This document shows, piece by piece, positions 28,264 to 38,452 of a stretch of 64,000 nucleotides of DNA. Where the stretch lies: assembly GCA_040388415.1 (NCBI GenBank), contig JAZKBV010000004.1, positions 24,069-88,068 of the forward strand. The letters are read 5' to 3'. A program made the position numbers and the translations under genes. The stretch is from Patescibacteria group bacterium. GTDB lineage: Bacteria > Patescibacteriota > Minisyncoccia > Phycocordibacterales > PALSA-1337. The stretch's first letter is position 1. Each line of letters begins with the position of its first letter. The notes under the pieces are model-generated. The model had not been told where the DNA came from and made no database searches. It worked only from the letters and a program-made list of their open reading frames with translations.

Positions 28264-28776
28264 ATGAATACCAAAGAAAAAACAGCGATGAACCTCGTTC
28301 TCTCGGACGCGCATTTTGATTTTCAAAAAGGTTTAAACGCGCGGGCATTTTTCAAGATAAGCGACCATGAGATGGGCCAGGATCTTGTACAGGAAACATT
28401 TTTGAAAACATGGAAGCACCTCGTGAGCGGTGGCAAGATCCATATGATGAAAGCTTTTTTATATCATATTTTGAATCACCTTATCATTGATGAATATAGA
28501 AAGCGTAAAACGAGCTCCTTGGACGATCTATTGGAAAAAGGCTTTGAAGTTGGCACTGATGATACTGAACATCTTTTCAATACGCTTGATGGCAAGATCC
28601 TTATTCTTCTCATAAAAAGCTTGCCGGAAAAATATAAAGAAGTTATACATCTGCGATTCATCAAAGATTTATCGCTCAAAGAAATATCGCTTATAACAGG
28701 AAAAACAAAAAACAGTGTAGCTGTTCAGATACACCGTGGATTGATACAACTCAAGCTACTGTATAAGCATGCTTAG
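28264..28776 (+). CDS. ECF-type RNA polymerase sigma factor (sigma-70 family, regions 2 and 4)
   Basis: Region 2: QETFLKTWKHL. Region 4 HTH: LPEKYKEVIHLRFIKDLSLKEISLITGKTKNSVAVQIHRGLIQLK. No adjacent anti-sigma factor. Confidence 0.75.
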   Translation: MNTKEKTAMNLVLSDAHFDFQKGLNARAFFKISDHEMGQDLVQETFLKTWKHLVSGGKIHMMKAFLYHILNHLIIDEYRKRKTSSLDDLLEKGFEVGTDDTEHLFNTLDGKILILLIKSLPEKYKEVIHLRFIKDLSLKEISLITGKTKNSVAVQIHRGLIQLKLLYKHA

Positions 28777-28777
28777 A

Positions 28778-30775
28778 CTACGCTACTAGAACATAATCTA
28801 ATGTCTTCTTATCAAGATCAGCTGCGATAGCTTTGAACTTGACCTTATCACCAAGAGTAAATACCTTCCCTGTCTTTTCACCAATGATCGAATATGACTT
28901 TTCATTAAATACATAGAAGTCAGTGCCGAGACTGCGCATGCCGATCATACCTTCTGACTTGCTCTCATTTTCTTCAACATACATACCCCACTTGGTCACA
29001 CCAGTGATCGTACCTTCAAAGACGATACCAAGGCGGGTGCTCATATACTCAACCTGCTTGAGCTTCTTTGACTCGCGCTCGGCTTCAGAAGCACTGATCT
29101 CACGTCGTGTTGAGCTATCAGCGATATGTTGGAATGCGATGATATCCTTGTCTCCAAACGGCTCATTATGCAGATGCTTTGCCAAGACACGATGAACAAG
29201 CAGATCAGGGTAACGACGAATCGGCGAGGTGAAGTGTGTATAGAATTCAAAAGCCAACCCGAAGTGACCAACATTTTTTGTCGAATAGACAGCCTTCTGC
29301 ATTGAACGAAGGATAGCGGTGCGGATAAGATTTTCCTGAGGCTTGCCGTCGATCTGCTCCAGAAGATCATTCAAACCGTGGGCAGTGACAACACCATCTT
29401 TGTCAGCACGAAGGTCGAAACCGAGCGCTTTGACGAAAAGAGCGAGATTCTTGATCTTATCTTTGTCCGGCGCATCGTGGATACGATATATGGCACCCGT
29501 ATCACGCTTTCCCTTTGTCTTGATCTGATCAAAGACGAACTTAGCTACTTCGCGATTGGCAAGCAGCATAAACTCTTCGACGAGCTTGTGGGTATCAATA
29601 CGCTCATATGCATATACGCCGATCGGTTTGCCGTCTTTATCGAGTCTGAACTTGATCTCTTGTGTCTCAAACTCTATAGCTCCACGAGAAAACTTCTCTT
29701 TTTGCAGGATCTTTGCGATGTTATTTAAGGTAATGAGCTGCTCGCGATATGGCATGCCTGCATCGACTGAAGATGCGACTTGTATGCCCTTTGAATATTT
29801 TTCGACATTTGCGGGTACACCATCGATGACTGCCTGAGCAGTCTCATACGTAAAACGATGTGTTGAATTCATTACTGTTCTGCCGAACCAACGCTCATGA
29901 ATATGGCCATTATCATCTATGACAAATATCGCTGAGAAACTGAGCTTGTCTTCATGCGGATTGAGACTACAGACGTCATTTGAAAGCACCTCGGGAAGCA
30001 TAGGAATGGTGCGATCGACGAGATAGACGGAACAACCACGCTTTACGGCTTCTGCATCGAGAGCTCCGCCTTCACGGACATAATGTGACACATCGGCAAT
30101 ATGCACGCCAACTTCATATTTTCCGTCACTCAATTTCTTGAATGAGATAGCATCATCAAAGTCTTTGGCATCAAACGGGTCAATAGTGAATGTTTCCGTG
30201 CCGCGCATATCACGACGCTTAGCGATTTCTTCAGCGCTGATGATACGTTCATTTTTTTCTATCTCTTCAGCTTCTTTTTCGACCGCTTTTGGAAAACCGA
30301 CTTCAAAGCCTTTTTCAAGAACAATGGATTCCATTTCTACATTGTTCACGCCTTTCTTTCCGAGAGTTTTGACGAGAGTTGCTTTTGGCTTTTCTTTTTG
30401 ATCAGTCCACGAGAGAAACTTGATATAGACTTTATCGTCTTTTTCTAAACTTTTGAGACCGTCACCTGTCAAGACAAAAGAAGTATAGGCTTTCTTATCA
30501 TCTAGCATAACGATGTATTCACCATTGACGATAACGACGATTCCCACAAAATACTCTTTGGCACGCTCGACGACCTTGAGGATCTGGCCAACAGGCGTTT
30601 TGACGCCTCGAATCATTTTGGAAGCGACTTTAACCTCGACCAAATCACCGTTCATGGCGGTGTTGAGGGTATTTTCTTCTATATATATCGAATCCTTAAG
30701 TGGATCTGGGTCGTCTATATAACCAGCGCCTTTGCGGGTAGTGGCTATGCGACCAGTGATGATAGAGTCTTTCAT
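28778..30775 (-). CDS. rnr: Ribonuclease R / exoribonuclease II family
   Basis: RNB catalytic region HFGLAFEFYTHFTSPIRRYPDLLVHR. N-terminal cold-shock domains. C-terminal S1 domain. Confidence 0.9.
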   Translation of the reverse strand: MKDSIITGRIATTRKGAGYIDDPDPLKDSIYIEENTLNTAMNGDLVEVKVASKMIRGVKTPVGQILKVVERAKEYFVGIVVIVNGEYIVMLDDKKAYTSFVLTGDGLKSLEKDDKVYIKFLSWTDQKEKPKATLVKTLGKKGVNNVEMESIVLEKGFEVGFPKAVEKEAEEIEKNERIISAEEIAKRRDMRGTETFTIDPFDAKDFDDAISFKKLSDGKYEVGVHIADVSHYVREGGALDAEAVKRGCSVYLVDRTIPMLPEVLSNDVCSLNPHEDKLSFSAIFVIDDNGHIHERWFGRTVMNSTHRFTYETAQAVIDGVPANVEKYSKGIQVASSVDAGMPYREQLITLNNIAKILQKEKFSRGAIEFETQEIKFRLDKDGKPIGVYAYERIDTHKLVEEFMLLANREVAKFVFDQIKTKGKRDTGAIYRIHDAPDKDKIKNLALFVKALGFDLRADKDGVVTAHGLNDLLEQIDGKPQENLIRTAILRSMQKAVYSTKNVGHFGLAFEFYTHFTSPIRRYPDLLVHRVLAKHLHNEPFGDKDIIAFQHIADSSTRREISASEAERESKKLKQVEYMSTRLGIVFEGTITGVTKWGMYVEENESKSEGMIGMRSLGTDFYVFNEKSYSIIGEKTGKVFTLGDKVKFKAIAADLDKKTLDYVLVA

Positions 30776-30910
30776 TACCGAGAAAGTCTAGCATTTTTCA
30801 CTAATTTCTGCTATTTTAGGTAAGTTCGTTAGTGGCGGTTCTGGTCGAAAACTTTTTTCGGGCTTTGCCCAAAAAAAGTCTTTCGATCCGAATTTTGAAG
30901 TGCAAAATTC

Positions 30911-30983
30911 GCGCGGTTAGCTCAGTTGGTAGAGCGACCCCTTGACGTGGGGTAGGTCACAGGTTCGAATCCTGTATCGCGCA
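30911..30983 (+). tRNA. tRNA-Val (anticodon GAC)
   Basis: GCGCGGTTAGCTCAGTTGGTAGAGCGACCCCTTGACGTGGGGTAGGTCACAGGTTCGAATCCTGTATCGCGCA. Confidence 0.85.
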
Positions 30984-30993
30984 CACATTAAAT

Positions 30994-32211
30994 ATGATCA
31001 TTCTCGGCATCGAAACATCATGCGATGAGACCGCTCTGGCCCTTATCGAAACACGCGAAATCAAAAACTCGGGCGGCATGACGCATACGGAATACCGCAT
31101 CATCCAGTCGCTCGTCCACTCTCAGGCAGAGCTTCATAGTGCATACGGTGGCGTCTTCCCTACGCTGGCAAAACGAGAGCATAGCAAAAACCTTGTCCCA
31201 CTTCTCGACAAGATTCTCAAAGATTTACCTCCGGATACTCACAAAAAACACCCGAACTTTAAAGAAACGCTCGAATCGTTCAAAAAAGCCTACGGCGAGC
31301 AAAACGCTGACTTGCTCGAATCGTTCACTCATGCCCATTTCCTCGAACATATTCCTCAGATCGATCGTATAGCGGTCACAGAAGGCCCCGGCCTCGAACC
31401 CGCTCTCTGGGTCGGCATCATGTTCGCGCGCATGCTGGGTGAACTCTGGGGCGTTCCTGTGATACCTGTCAACCATATGGAAGGCCATGTGGTCGGCTCG
31501 TTGCTTGATAATGATAAGCCGTCCGGTGCATGGCAACAGTTAAAGAAATTGGAATTGCCAGCTATCGCTCTACTCATTAGCGGAGGACATACTGAACTCG
31601 TAAAAGTTGAAGGAAAAAATAACTCGGCCGGCTTTACGTATTCTCTCCTCGGTCAAACACGCGACGATGCCGTGGGCGAAGCATTCGACAAGACCGCTCG
31701 CTTACTCGGTCTGCAATACCCTGGTGGACCGCACATATCACGACTTGCACATGAAGCATGGGAACAAAAAATCACCTCATCAGTGAAGCTTCCTCGCCCG
31801 ATGATCAACAGTAAAGATCTTAATTTTTCATTTTCTGGATTAAAAACTGCAGTTTTATATGCAGTTCAAGATGCACAAAAAAATAACACATTCGATGACA
31901 CTTTCAAAAAGGGCCTTGCGTATGAATTTGAGCAATCTGTAACTGAAGTACTTGTAGCTAAGCTTCAAAAAGCCATTGAAGATATCGGCGCCCAGTCTAT
32001 CATCATCGGTGGAGGCGTAAGTGCAAATCATGTGCTACGCGCGCAGTTCACAAAACTGGCTGAAAAATATGCTATTCCTCTCTTCTTACCATCGATGCAC
32101 CTTTCTGGAGACAATGCCCTCATGATCGCTCTTGTCGGTTCAATGAAATCAGAAACCTCGCTTCAATCAACACCTATCCACGCCCAAGGTACAAAAAAGA
32201 TAACCGAGTAA
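30994..32211 (+). CDS. tsaD: tRNA N6-adenosine threonylcarbamoyltransferase TsaD (Kae1/YgjD family) with an approximately 35-aa insertion
   Basis: GIETSCDET at the N-terminus, HMEGH, and the GGVSAN C-terminal motif. There is an insertion between the REHSK and AVTEGPG regions relative to E. coli TsaD. Confidence 0.9.
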   Translation: MIILGIETSCDETALALIETREIKNSGGMTHTEYRIIQSLVHSQAELHSAYGGVFPTLAKREHSKNLVPLLDKILKDLPPDTHKKHPNFKETLESFKKAYGEQNADLLESFTHAHFLEHIPQIDRIAVTEGPGLEPALWVGIMFARMLGELWGVPVIPVNHMEGHVVGSLLDNDKPSGAWQQLKKLELPAIALLISGGHTELVKVEGKNNSAGFTYSLLGQTRDDAVGEAFDKTARLLGLQYPGGPHISRLAHEAWEQKITSSVKLPRPMINSKDLNFSFSGLKTAVLYAVQDAQKNNTFDDTFKKGLAYEFEQSVTEVLVAKLQKAIEDIGAQSIIIGGGVSANHVLRAQFTKLAEKYAIPLFLPSMHLSGDNALMIALVGSMKSETSLQSTPIHAQGTKKITE

Positions 32212-32230
32212 TGTTATACTAGAGGCATAT

Positions 32231-32923
32231 ATGGTTTCCTTATATCCGTTCTTATACGCTTTCATCGCTGGTATACTCCCTTCGCTCTTGTGGCTCTTTT
32301 TTTTCACTCGTGAAGATGCCTCCCACAAACGCCCTCGTGGCATCATATTCGGTTGTTTTCTGGGCGGAGCTATTGCCGTGATCATTGCCATCTTTGCGGA
32401 AAAAGTCATTGCCGACATTGTACCTGACCCAACTATGCGCTACACCCTCTGGGCCGCATTTGAAGAAACGGTAAAATTCATGGTGGCTGGAATGATCATA
32501 TTTAGCTCGCGCGCAACTGAAGACCCTGTGGATACTATGGTCTACTGCGCCAGTGTTGCACTCGGCTTTGCAGCTATCGAAAATACACTATTCATTCTCG
32601 GACCGCTCTCTCATGGCAGTCTCGTGCAGGCCATCATCACAACCAATATGCGCTTTATCGGAGCCACACTTGTACACGTAGTCAGTTCAGCACTTGTCGG
32701 CTTTATGATTGGCTATGTTTTTTACCATGGCCGTCTTGTAAAGATTGCCGCTGCGCTCGTAGGACTTGCAGGCGCGATCGCATTGCATGCAACATTTAAT
32801 TTGTCTATAATTAACGCAAGTTCCCTTGATACGCTCAAAGCATTCGGATGGATATGGGGTGCAGTAGTAATACTGATCATCCTCTTTGAAGAAGTGAAGG
32901 CTGTTCACCCGAAATATATTTGA
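32231..32923 (+). CDS. PrsW-family intramembrane protease-like protein
   Basis: Multi-TM protein with FEETVKF (EExxK), FAAIEN and HATFN motifs characteristic of PrsW. Confidence 0.6.
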   Translation: MVSLYPFLYAFIAGILPSLLWLFFFTREDASHKRPRGIIFGCFLGGAIAVIIAIFAEKVIADIVPDPTMRYTLWAAFEETVKFMVAGMIIFSSRATEDPVDTMVYCASVALGFAAIENTLFILGPLSHGSLVQAIITTNMRFIGATLVHVVSSALVGFMIGYVFYHGRLVKIAAALVGLAGAIALHATFNLSIINASSLDTLKAFGWIWGAVVILIILFEEVKAVHPKYI

Positions 32924-32956
32924 GCATTTATACATACATAATTAACATACATCACT

Positions 32957-33433
32957 ATGGCAAAAGACACTCGATCATTCTTTGAACGTCTCACGGGCAC
33001 CGTCCGCATGGACGAAGATGCTGACGTGGAGGTGGCAAAAAAGCCCGCCTCTTCAAAAAATGATCCTCTTGCCAGTGTATGGAATGATGAAGAGTCAGAG
33101 GAGGAAGGCGAATTGACTATTGATGTGTATCAAACTCCCGATGCTATTATTATAAAGAGCATGATCGCCGGCGTTCGCCCTGAGGATCTCGATGTTTCTA
33201 TTACTCGTGACACGGTCTCTATCCGTGGGCATCGCGAAGAAGAGAAGATAGCGAAAGAAGACGATTATTTTGCCCGCGAGCTCTACTGGGGTTCATTCGC
33301 TCGCACCATCCAGCTCCCAGAAGAGATCGACGTCGATGAAGCTGAAGCCGTTGAGAAACATGGTTTGCTTATTTTGAAGCTTCCAAAGCTCGACAAGAAG
33401 AGACATTCGAAGTTGAAAGTGAAGACGGCATAA
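32957..33433 (+). CDS. Hsp20/alpha-crystallin small heat-shock protein
   Basis: LTIDVYQTPDAIIIKSMIAGVRPEDLDVSI...GLLILKLPK alpha-crystallin domain. Terminator at 33444-33470 (AAAAATCCCC ttct GGGGATTTTT). Confidence 0.8.
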   Translation: MAKDTRSFFERLTGTVRMDEDADVEVAKKPASSKNDPLASVWNDEESEEEGELTIDVYQTPDAIIIKSMIAGVRPEDLDVSITRDTVSIRGHREEEKIAKEDDYFARELYWGSFARTIQLPEEIDVDEAEAVEKHGLLILKLPKLDKKRHSKLKVKTA

Positions 33434-33496
33434 CAATGCAAACTAAAAATCCCCTTCTGGGGATTTTTATTAGCAAAACTATTCCGAGCAAATAAA

Positions 33497-35641
33497 CTAA
33501 ATGTCGAGTGTCGCCAGCTTTGCATTCGACTGGATAAATGACTTGCGAGCAGGCACATCATCTCCCATAAGCATGTCGAACACCTTGTCTGCATCTGCAG
33601 CATCTTCGACATTGACCTGGATGAGGATACGCTTCTGTGAATCCATAGTTGTCTCACGGAGTTCATCAGCATTCATTTCACCGAGACCCTTATAGCGCTG
33701 GATAGAAATCTTTGCTGACTTTACAGGCGCTACAGCTTCACCTTTCTCTTTGCCCTTTTTGATCGGTTCATCAGTACCACCAGCTGCTTCGAGCAAACGT
33801 TCCTTGTCTTCTTCCAAGCCCTCTTCGCTTTGTTCGCCTTCTGCGCTCAACAACTGGCTCTCATCGAAATCCTTTCCGAGGAACTTGACCTTTTCTTCTT
33901 CAGAATAGAAATAGAACAACTCCTTGCCCTTCTTGACCTTGTACAATGGCGGCTGAGCGATATAGACATGACCATTGTCGATCAGTGGGCGGAAATAACG
34001 ATACAAGAGCGTCAGGATAAGCGTACGGATATGGGCACCGTCAACGTCGGCATCGGTTGCGAGGATAATCTTGTGATAACGAAGCTTGCTGATATCGAAC
34101 GTATCACCGATAGCAGTACCAAATGCCAAAACGAGGTTCTTGATCTGCTCTGAGCCAAGCATGCGATCAAGGCGGGCTCGCTCAATGTTCAAGATCTTTC
34201 CACGGAGTGGCAGGATAGCTTGGGTACGGCGATCACGGCCCTGCTTTGCAGTACCTCCCGCAGAGTCACCCTCCACGATGAAGAGCTCAGACTCAGCAGG
34301 ATCGCTCGACTGACAGTCAGCGAGCTTACCTGGCAATGTCATACCCTCGAGTGCTCCTTTACGCAATACGGAGTCCTTAGCAGCCTTTGCAGCCTTGCGA
34401 GCCTTCATGGCAAGGATGACCTTGTTAATCATGGCACGACCGTCTTCTGGGTTCTCTTCGAGGAAAGCAGCGAATGCCTCACCGAAAACTGTTGCGGTAG
34501 CACCCTGCGCCTCCATAGAACCGAGCTTAGCCTTGGTCTGGCCTTCGAACTGAATCTCACGGAGTTTCACTGACACAACAGCTGTCAAACCTTCGAGGAT
34601 ATCGTCACCAGTGAATGTTTCTTCGCCTTTAGAGAAGTTATTATTCTTTGCATACGTATTGAGCGTGCGAGTAAGAGCAGTTTTGAAACCAGTCACATGT
34701 GTACCACCTTCTGGTGTATGGATGTTGTTTGCGAATGCGAGGATATGTGAAGCGACATCATCTGAATACTGAAGCGCAACTTCGATCGATTCGACACCTT
34801 CAACCTTCTTTTCAACGTAGAAAATGTTCTTGTGGATAGGCTTGAGGAGCTGATTGGTGAATTTTACGAGAGAGACAAGTCCACCTTCGAAATAGAAAGT
34901 AAATGAAGGGGCATCGACGCCGGTATCACGAATATAGAAAAGTTCATTATCGAGACCGAATGTCGGCATTTGCTCGCGTGCATCGATAACGGAGATACGG
35001 AGACCTCGGACGAGATATGCCTGCTGGCGCATATGACTAACCACGCGGTTGAAATCAAAAATGACGCCTTCTTTGAAGATGGTCGGGTCAGGCTGGAATG
35101 TGACGATGGTGCCATGGAGCTTGGATGAACCGATCTTCTTGACCTGAGCCTTCGGCTTACCGATGCCGTATTCCTGTACATGAATACCTCCTTCGCTATG
35201 AACGAGCACCTTCGCATACGTCGAGAGTGCATTGACCACAGATGCACCTACACCGTGGAGACCACCAGAAACCTTATAACCACTATCTTCACCGCCGAAC
35301 TTGCCACCGGCATGGAGAACGGTCATAACCATTTCCAAAGCTGATTTCTTGGTCTGTTTGTGGATGCCAACAGGGATACCGCGACCGTTATCGGCTACAC
35401 GGACTTTGTTCTCAGGAAGGAGGACGATCTCTATATCATTGGCAAAACCACCCATGGCTTCATCGCGGGAGTTGTCGAAGATTTCTGTGATGAGGTGGTG
35501 GAGACCGTCGGGACCAGTGGTACCGATATACATACCCGGACGCTTACGGACTGGTTCGAGACCTTCGAGAACCTGAATGGAAGAGGCATCGTATCCGCCT
35601 TCTGTTTTTTTAGCCTTTGTTTCCTTGGTTTTTTCAGACAT
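33497..35641 (-). CDS. gyrB: DNA gyrase subunit B
   Basis: GHKL ATPase, a TOPRIM region (EGDSAGG) and the C-terminal tail. Start taken at MSEKTKE (35641). Confidence 0.95.
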   Translation of the reverse strand: MSEKTKETKAKKTEGGYDASSIQVLEGLEPVRKRPGMYIGTTGPDGLHHLITEIFDNSRDEAMGGFANDIEIVLLPENKVRVADNGRGIPVGIHKQTKKSALEMVMTVLHAGGKFGGEDSGYKVSGGLHGVGASVVNALSTYAKVLVHSEGGIHVQEYGIGKPKAQVKKIGSSKLHGTIVTFQPDPTIFKEGVIFDFNRVVSHMRQQAYLVRGLRISVIDAREQMPTFGLDNELFYIRDTGVDAPSFTFYFEGGLVSLVKFTNQLLKPIHKNIFYVEKKVEGVESIEVALQYSDDVASHILAFANNIHTPEGGTHVTGFKTALTRTLNTYAKNNNFSKGEETFTGDDILEGLTAVVSVKLREIQFEGQTKAKLGSMEAQGATATVFGEAFAAFLEENPEDGRAMINKVILAMKARKAAKAAKDSVLRKGALEGMTLPGKLADCQSSDPAESELFIVEGDSAGGTAKQGRDRRTQAILPLRGKILNIERARLDRMLGSEQIKNLVLAFGTAIGDTFDISKLRYHKIILATDADVDGAHIRTLILTLLYRYFRPLIDNGHVYIAQPPLYKVKKGKELFYFYSEEEKVKFLGKDFDESQLLSAEGEQSEEGLEEDKERLLEAAGGTDEPIKKGKEKGEAVAPVKSAKISIQRYKGLGEMNADELRETTMDSQKRILIQVNVEDAADADKVFDMLMGDDVPARKSFIQSNAKLATLDI

Positions 35642-35845
35642 GGGTAGTGATTTAATAAATGAAATTAATGGGTTTTTGTACTCTATATTATAGCAAATTA
35701 CCACTGGTAATGCACATATAAAAAGAGCTCAAAAATGGCTACAGATATGGGGATAAACGGATGATAGTTATGCACTTTTCGGGTTGATTTTATGGCATAT
35801 TAGGAGCAGAATGGGAGTCGGACTGAAAACAACTTTAACAAGGAG

Positions 35846-36205
35846 GTGACCATGGACAACTGTGAGCTAAAAATCGATATTAATTCATTTGTAGGCAAAA
35901 GTGTCCGGATCAAGAGTGCGCCAGGATGCTGGAAAGTGACTGATGCAGATTTTTTCAAAAATGAAAATACAGATCGAGCCCAGAATGTCTTTATATTTAT
36001 TGTTCCAAAACCTGCGCTCAAAACTGAAGGCACGCTAAAAATTGTTACTTTCCTTCAAGCGGAGTTATCTGGGAAAAAATTTCCTAATGGACGTATTATT
36101 GTCTATCTAAACCAGGAACACAGCATCACACTTGAACTTGAAAGATCAAGTAAAAAAACACGTAAGTCCATCGGTTATATGGACTACCCAAGGCATCAAA
36201 AGTAA
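35846..36205 (+). CDS. Hypothetical protein
   Basis: A strong AAGGAGGTGA RBS 5 nt upstream. Terminator at 36212-36240. Confidence 0.5.
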   Translation: MTMDNCELKIDINSFVGKSVRIKSAPGCWKVTDADFFKNENTDRAQNVFIFIVPKPALKTEGTLKIVTFLQAELSGKKFPNGRIIVYLNQEHSITLELERSSKKTRKSIGYMDYPRHQK

Positions 36206-36242
36206 ATTCATACCACCCAATCTTGGGTGGTCTTTTTATTCA

Positions 36243-36280
36243 GTTGTAAAAGTGACAACTTTTCTTGTCACTTTTACAAC
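36243..36280. repeat. Perfect 16-bp inverted repeat GTTGTAAAAGTGACAA / TTGTCACTTTTACAAC with a 6-nt spacer
   Basis: Read directly from the sequence. It sits between the terminator of the upstream + gene and the pheS-like stop codon. It is not followed by a T-run on either strand. Confidence 0.6.
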
Positions 36281-36326
36281 TAGTGGAATTAATAGTCTCC
36301 AGCTCTGCCCGCCACCGATAATTGGA

Positions 36327-37468
36327 TTACCTCAACACCGCCTTGAATTCCCCTGCTGTCCGCTCACGGATCTTCTCATGGATAGCATTGACCTCTTCGT
36401 TGGTCAGCGTACGTTCAAGGGAACGATAAATAATACGGAATGTATAGCTGACCTTATCTGCCCCGAACTTTGCTGCATTTTCAAAGGTATCTACGAGTTT
36501 GAATTCCTCGACGAGGTCACCGGCTATATCACGAACAAGCTCAAAATACGTATTGAGACTAACGCTCTTATCGACGATAAATGAGATATCACGCAACACT
36601 GCAGGATATTTACTAACTTCTTTGTATACAGAATCGATACCAGTGAACTGACTGGTAATTCGAGGATCATCAGACCAGAGGATACGGATATCAGGAATGC
36701 TCATCTTGATCATAGCAAGACGCTCGCCGAAGCCAAATGCCCAGCCATTATAAATCTCTGGATCAAGTCCGAAATTTTTTAAAACGATCGGATTGACCAG
36801 ACCAGCGCCGTTGACTTCGAGCCAGTTGCCATTGAATTTGATGTCCATCTCCAAACTCTCAACCGTATAAGGGAAATTATCCTCCAAAAATTGGTACTCG
36901 ATACCCTTTCCGAATATGCCAGACGCGAGGTCGAGTTGAACTGCCTTGAGATCATCTTGAGTTATTTTTTTCTTTTCTTTCTTGCAGATATATAAACCGT
37001 CAATCTGATGGAATGCAGGGAAATGGTGTCTATCGATTTCATCCTTGCGATAGACGATACCTGGCGCCAAAGCCATGATCTCCCCTTCTTTTTCGAGGCG
37101 CTCGCGAACCGCTGGATCAGTGAGATAGAATGACCAAAATGCCGTCATCTGAGTGCGGAGCATGTGTGCAGGGTCAATATAGTATGTGTCAGTTTCTTTG
37201 CGACTGACATGATCAGCAGGCGTATTGAGAAGATTGAAATTTTGCTCAACTGAGACGATCTTTGGAAATTCGACAAGGTCAAAATCTTTGAAACGAGGCA
37301 AGTTGATGATTTGATCAAAGAGGATTTTGACGGGTGAATTCGCTTTCTTGGTGAGGTCTGGCAATGCCAAATGACGCTTTATACGCAAAGCTGTTGTATC
37401 GGTGCGACCATCAAGGCTAGCAACGAGCTTTGATTCATTCGGATCTGTCATGATGATGTGGTTGCGCA
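36327..37468 (-). CDS. pheS: Single-chain (mitochondrial-type) phenylalanyl-tRNA synthetase: PheS catalytic core fused to a C-terminal FDX-ACB anticodon-binding domain
   Basis: TPADHVSRKETDTYY, motif 2 APGIVYRKDEIDRHHFPAFHQIDGL, and motif 3 GWAFGFGERLAMIKMSIPDIRILW. The C-terminal 100 aa (YKEVSKYPAVLRDISFIV...GDLVEEFKLVDTF...YRIIYRSLERTLTNEEVNAIHEKI) aligns with the human FARS2 and PheT FDX-ACB domain. The start may be at 37450. Confidence 0.8.
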
Positions 37469-37551
37469 TGGGTAACACTATAGCAAAAAGTGGGCAAAAT
37501 AAAAGCCCCACATTGCTGCGAGGCCGAGATTACATTCAATCTCGAAAGTGT

Positions 37552-38292
37552 TCACGAAGGAAGCTTTGGCCGATTGGCATCCTTAATTCGATTCTTAGCC
37601 TCATCGAAAATTTTCTTCTTTGGGCTAATAGACAAATCATAATCTTCGAGAACCTGCCAAAAATCAGAAAATTTCTTTCTTTCAGATTCAAGAGATGCCC
37701 CTTTAGCAATGAGATCACCGACTGTGTAGCGAAGATCTTGTCGCATCACAAGGAATTGTCCTTCAGACTGAACGACTGTTGTAGCTAAAACTATAGCAAC
37801 TTCCATGAAACGTCCGAGCATAAAAGACTCTTTTTGATGACTTTCGAAAGGATTTAGGGACTTAATAAATAACTCAAACTCCTCGAAAACTTTTTCGTAA
37901 TTATCCTGCGCAGGTCGAAGCTTCCGTATTTGACTCCGGGTAGACCATCCAGCAATACCTGCAACAAGTAATCCTGAGCCGAGTAATAAAACAGGAAACG
38001 AGATAGTCGCAATAAAACCGTGAGTCGTATCATTAACCCACTTGATATATCCCGTATGAAAACAAAGATCATACCAAACTGTTGCGGTTAGTATTGCACC
38101 CAGAACTGATGCAATTAGAAAGCGAATAACTGCCGACTCGGTTTTTGTGTTATTTTTTTCGTAGTTCGCGATGCACTGACTCACTGATTTCCCTTTCAGA
38201 AAACCATTTAGGTGTTTCTTTTCGAAAAATCCTGTAACTATAGGACCACAGAGATCAATCAGATCCCTGGTTTTATTTGTGTTCGTATTCAT
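37552..38292 (-). CDS. Hypothetical membrane protein (2 TM), low GC
   Basis: 246-aa ORF with no recognisable domain. Confidence 0.45.
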   Translation of the reverse strand: MNTNTNKTRDLIDLCGPIVTGFFEKKHLNGFLKGKSVSQCIANYEKNNTKTESAVIRFLIASVLGAILTATVWYDLCFHTGYIKWVNDTTHGFIATISFPVLLLGSGLLVAGIAGWSTRSQIRKLRPAQDNYEKVFEEFELFIKSLNPFESHQKESFMLGRFMEVAIVLATTVVQSEGQFLVMRQDLRYTVGDLIAKGASLESERKKFSDFWQVLEDYDLSISPKKKIFDEAKNRIKDANRPKLPS

Positions 38293-38452
38293 TTTTCAAT
38301 GCCTATTGTAGGATCTCTCGATCCGAGACCAAGGGGTTTCAGCCCATCTTCACAAGCTTACGACTCATGAAGATACTTCTTGTAATCCAAATAGTTCGGC
38401 AGCTATTCTCCTCACTTTATACTACTCAAAGTAGGTAAATGTCAATACAACC

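Noticed and set aside
33830-35647. ORFs on the + strand within gyrB (33830-34153, 34220-34573, 35301-35576, 35360-35647) and a minus ORF 34864-35247
   Set aside because: They are nested in or antisense to the gyrB frame. No independent start signals were seen.
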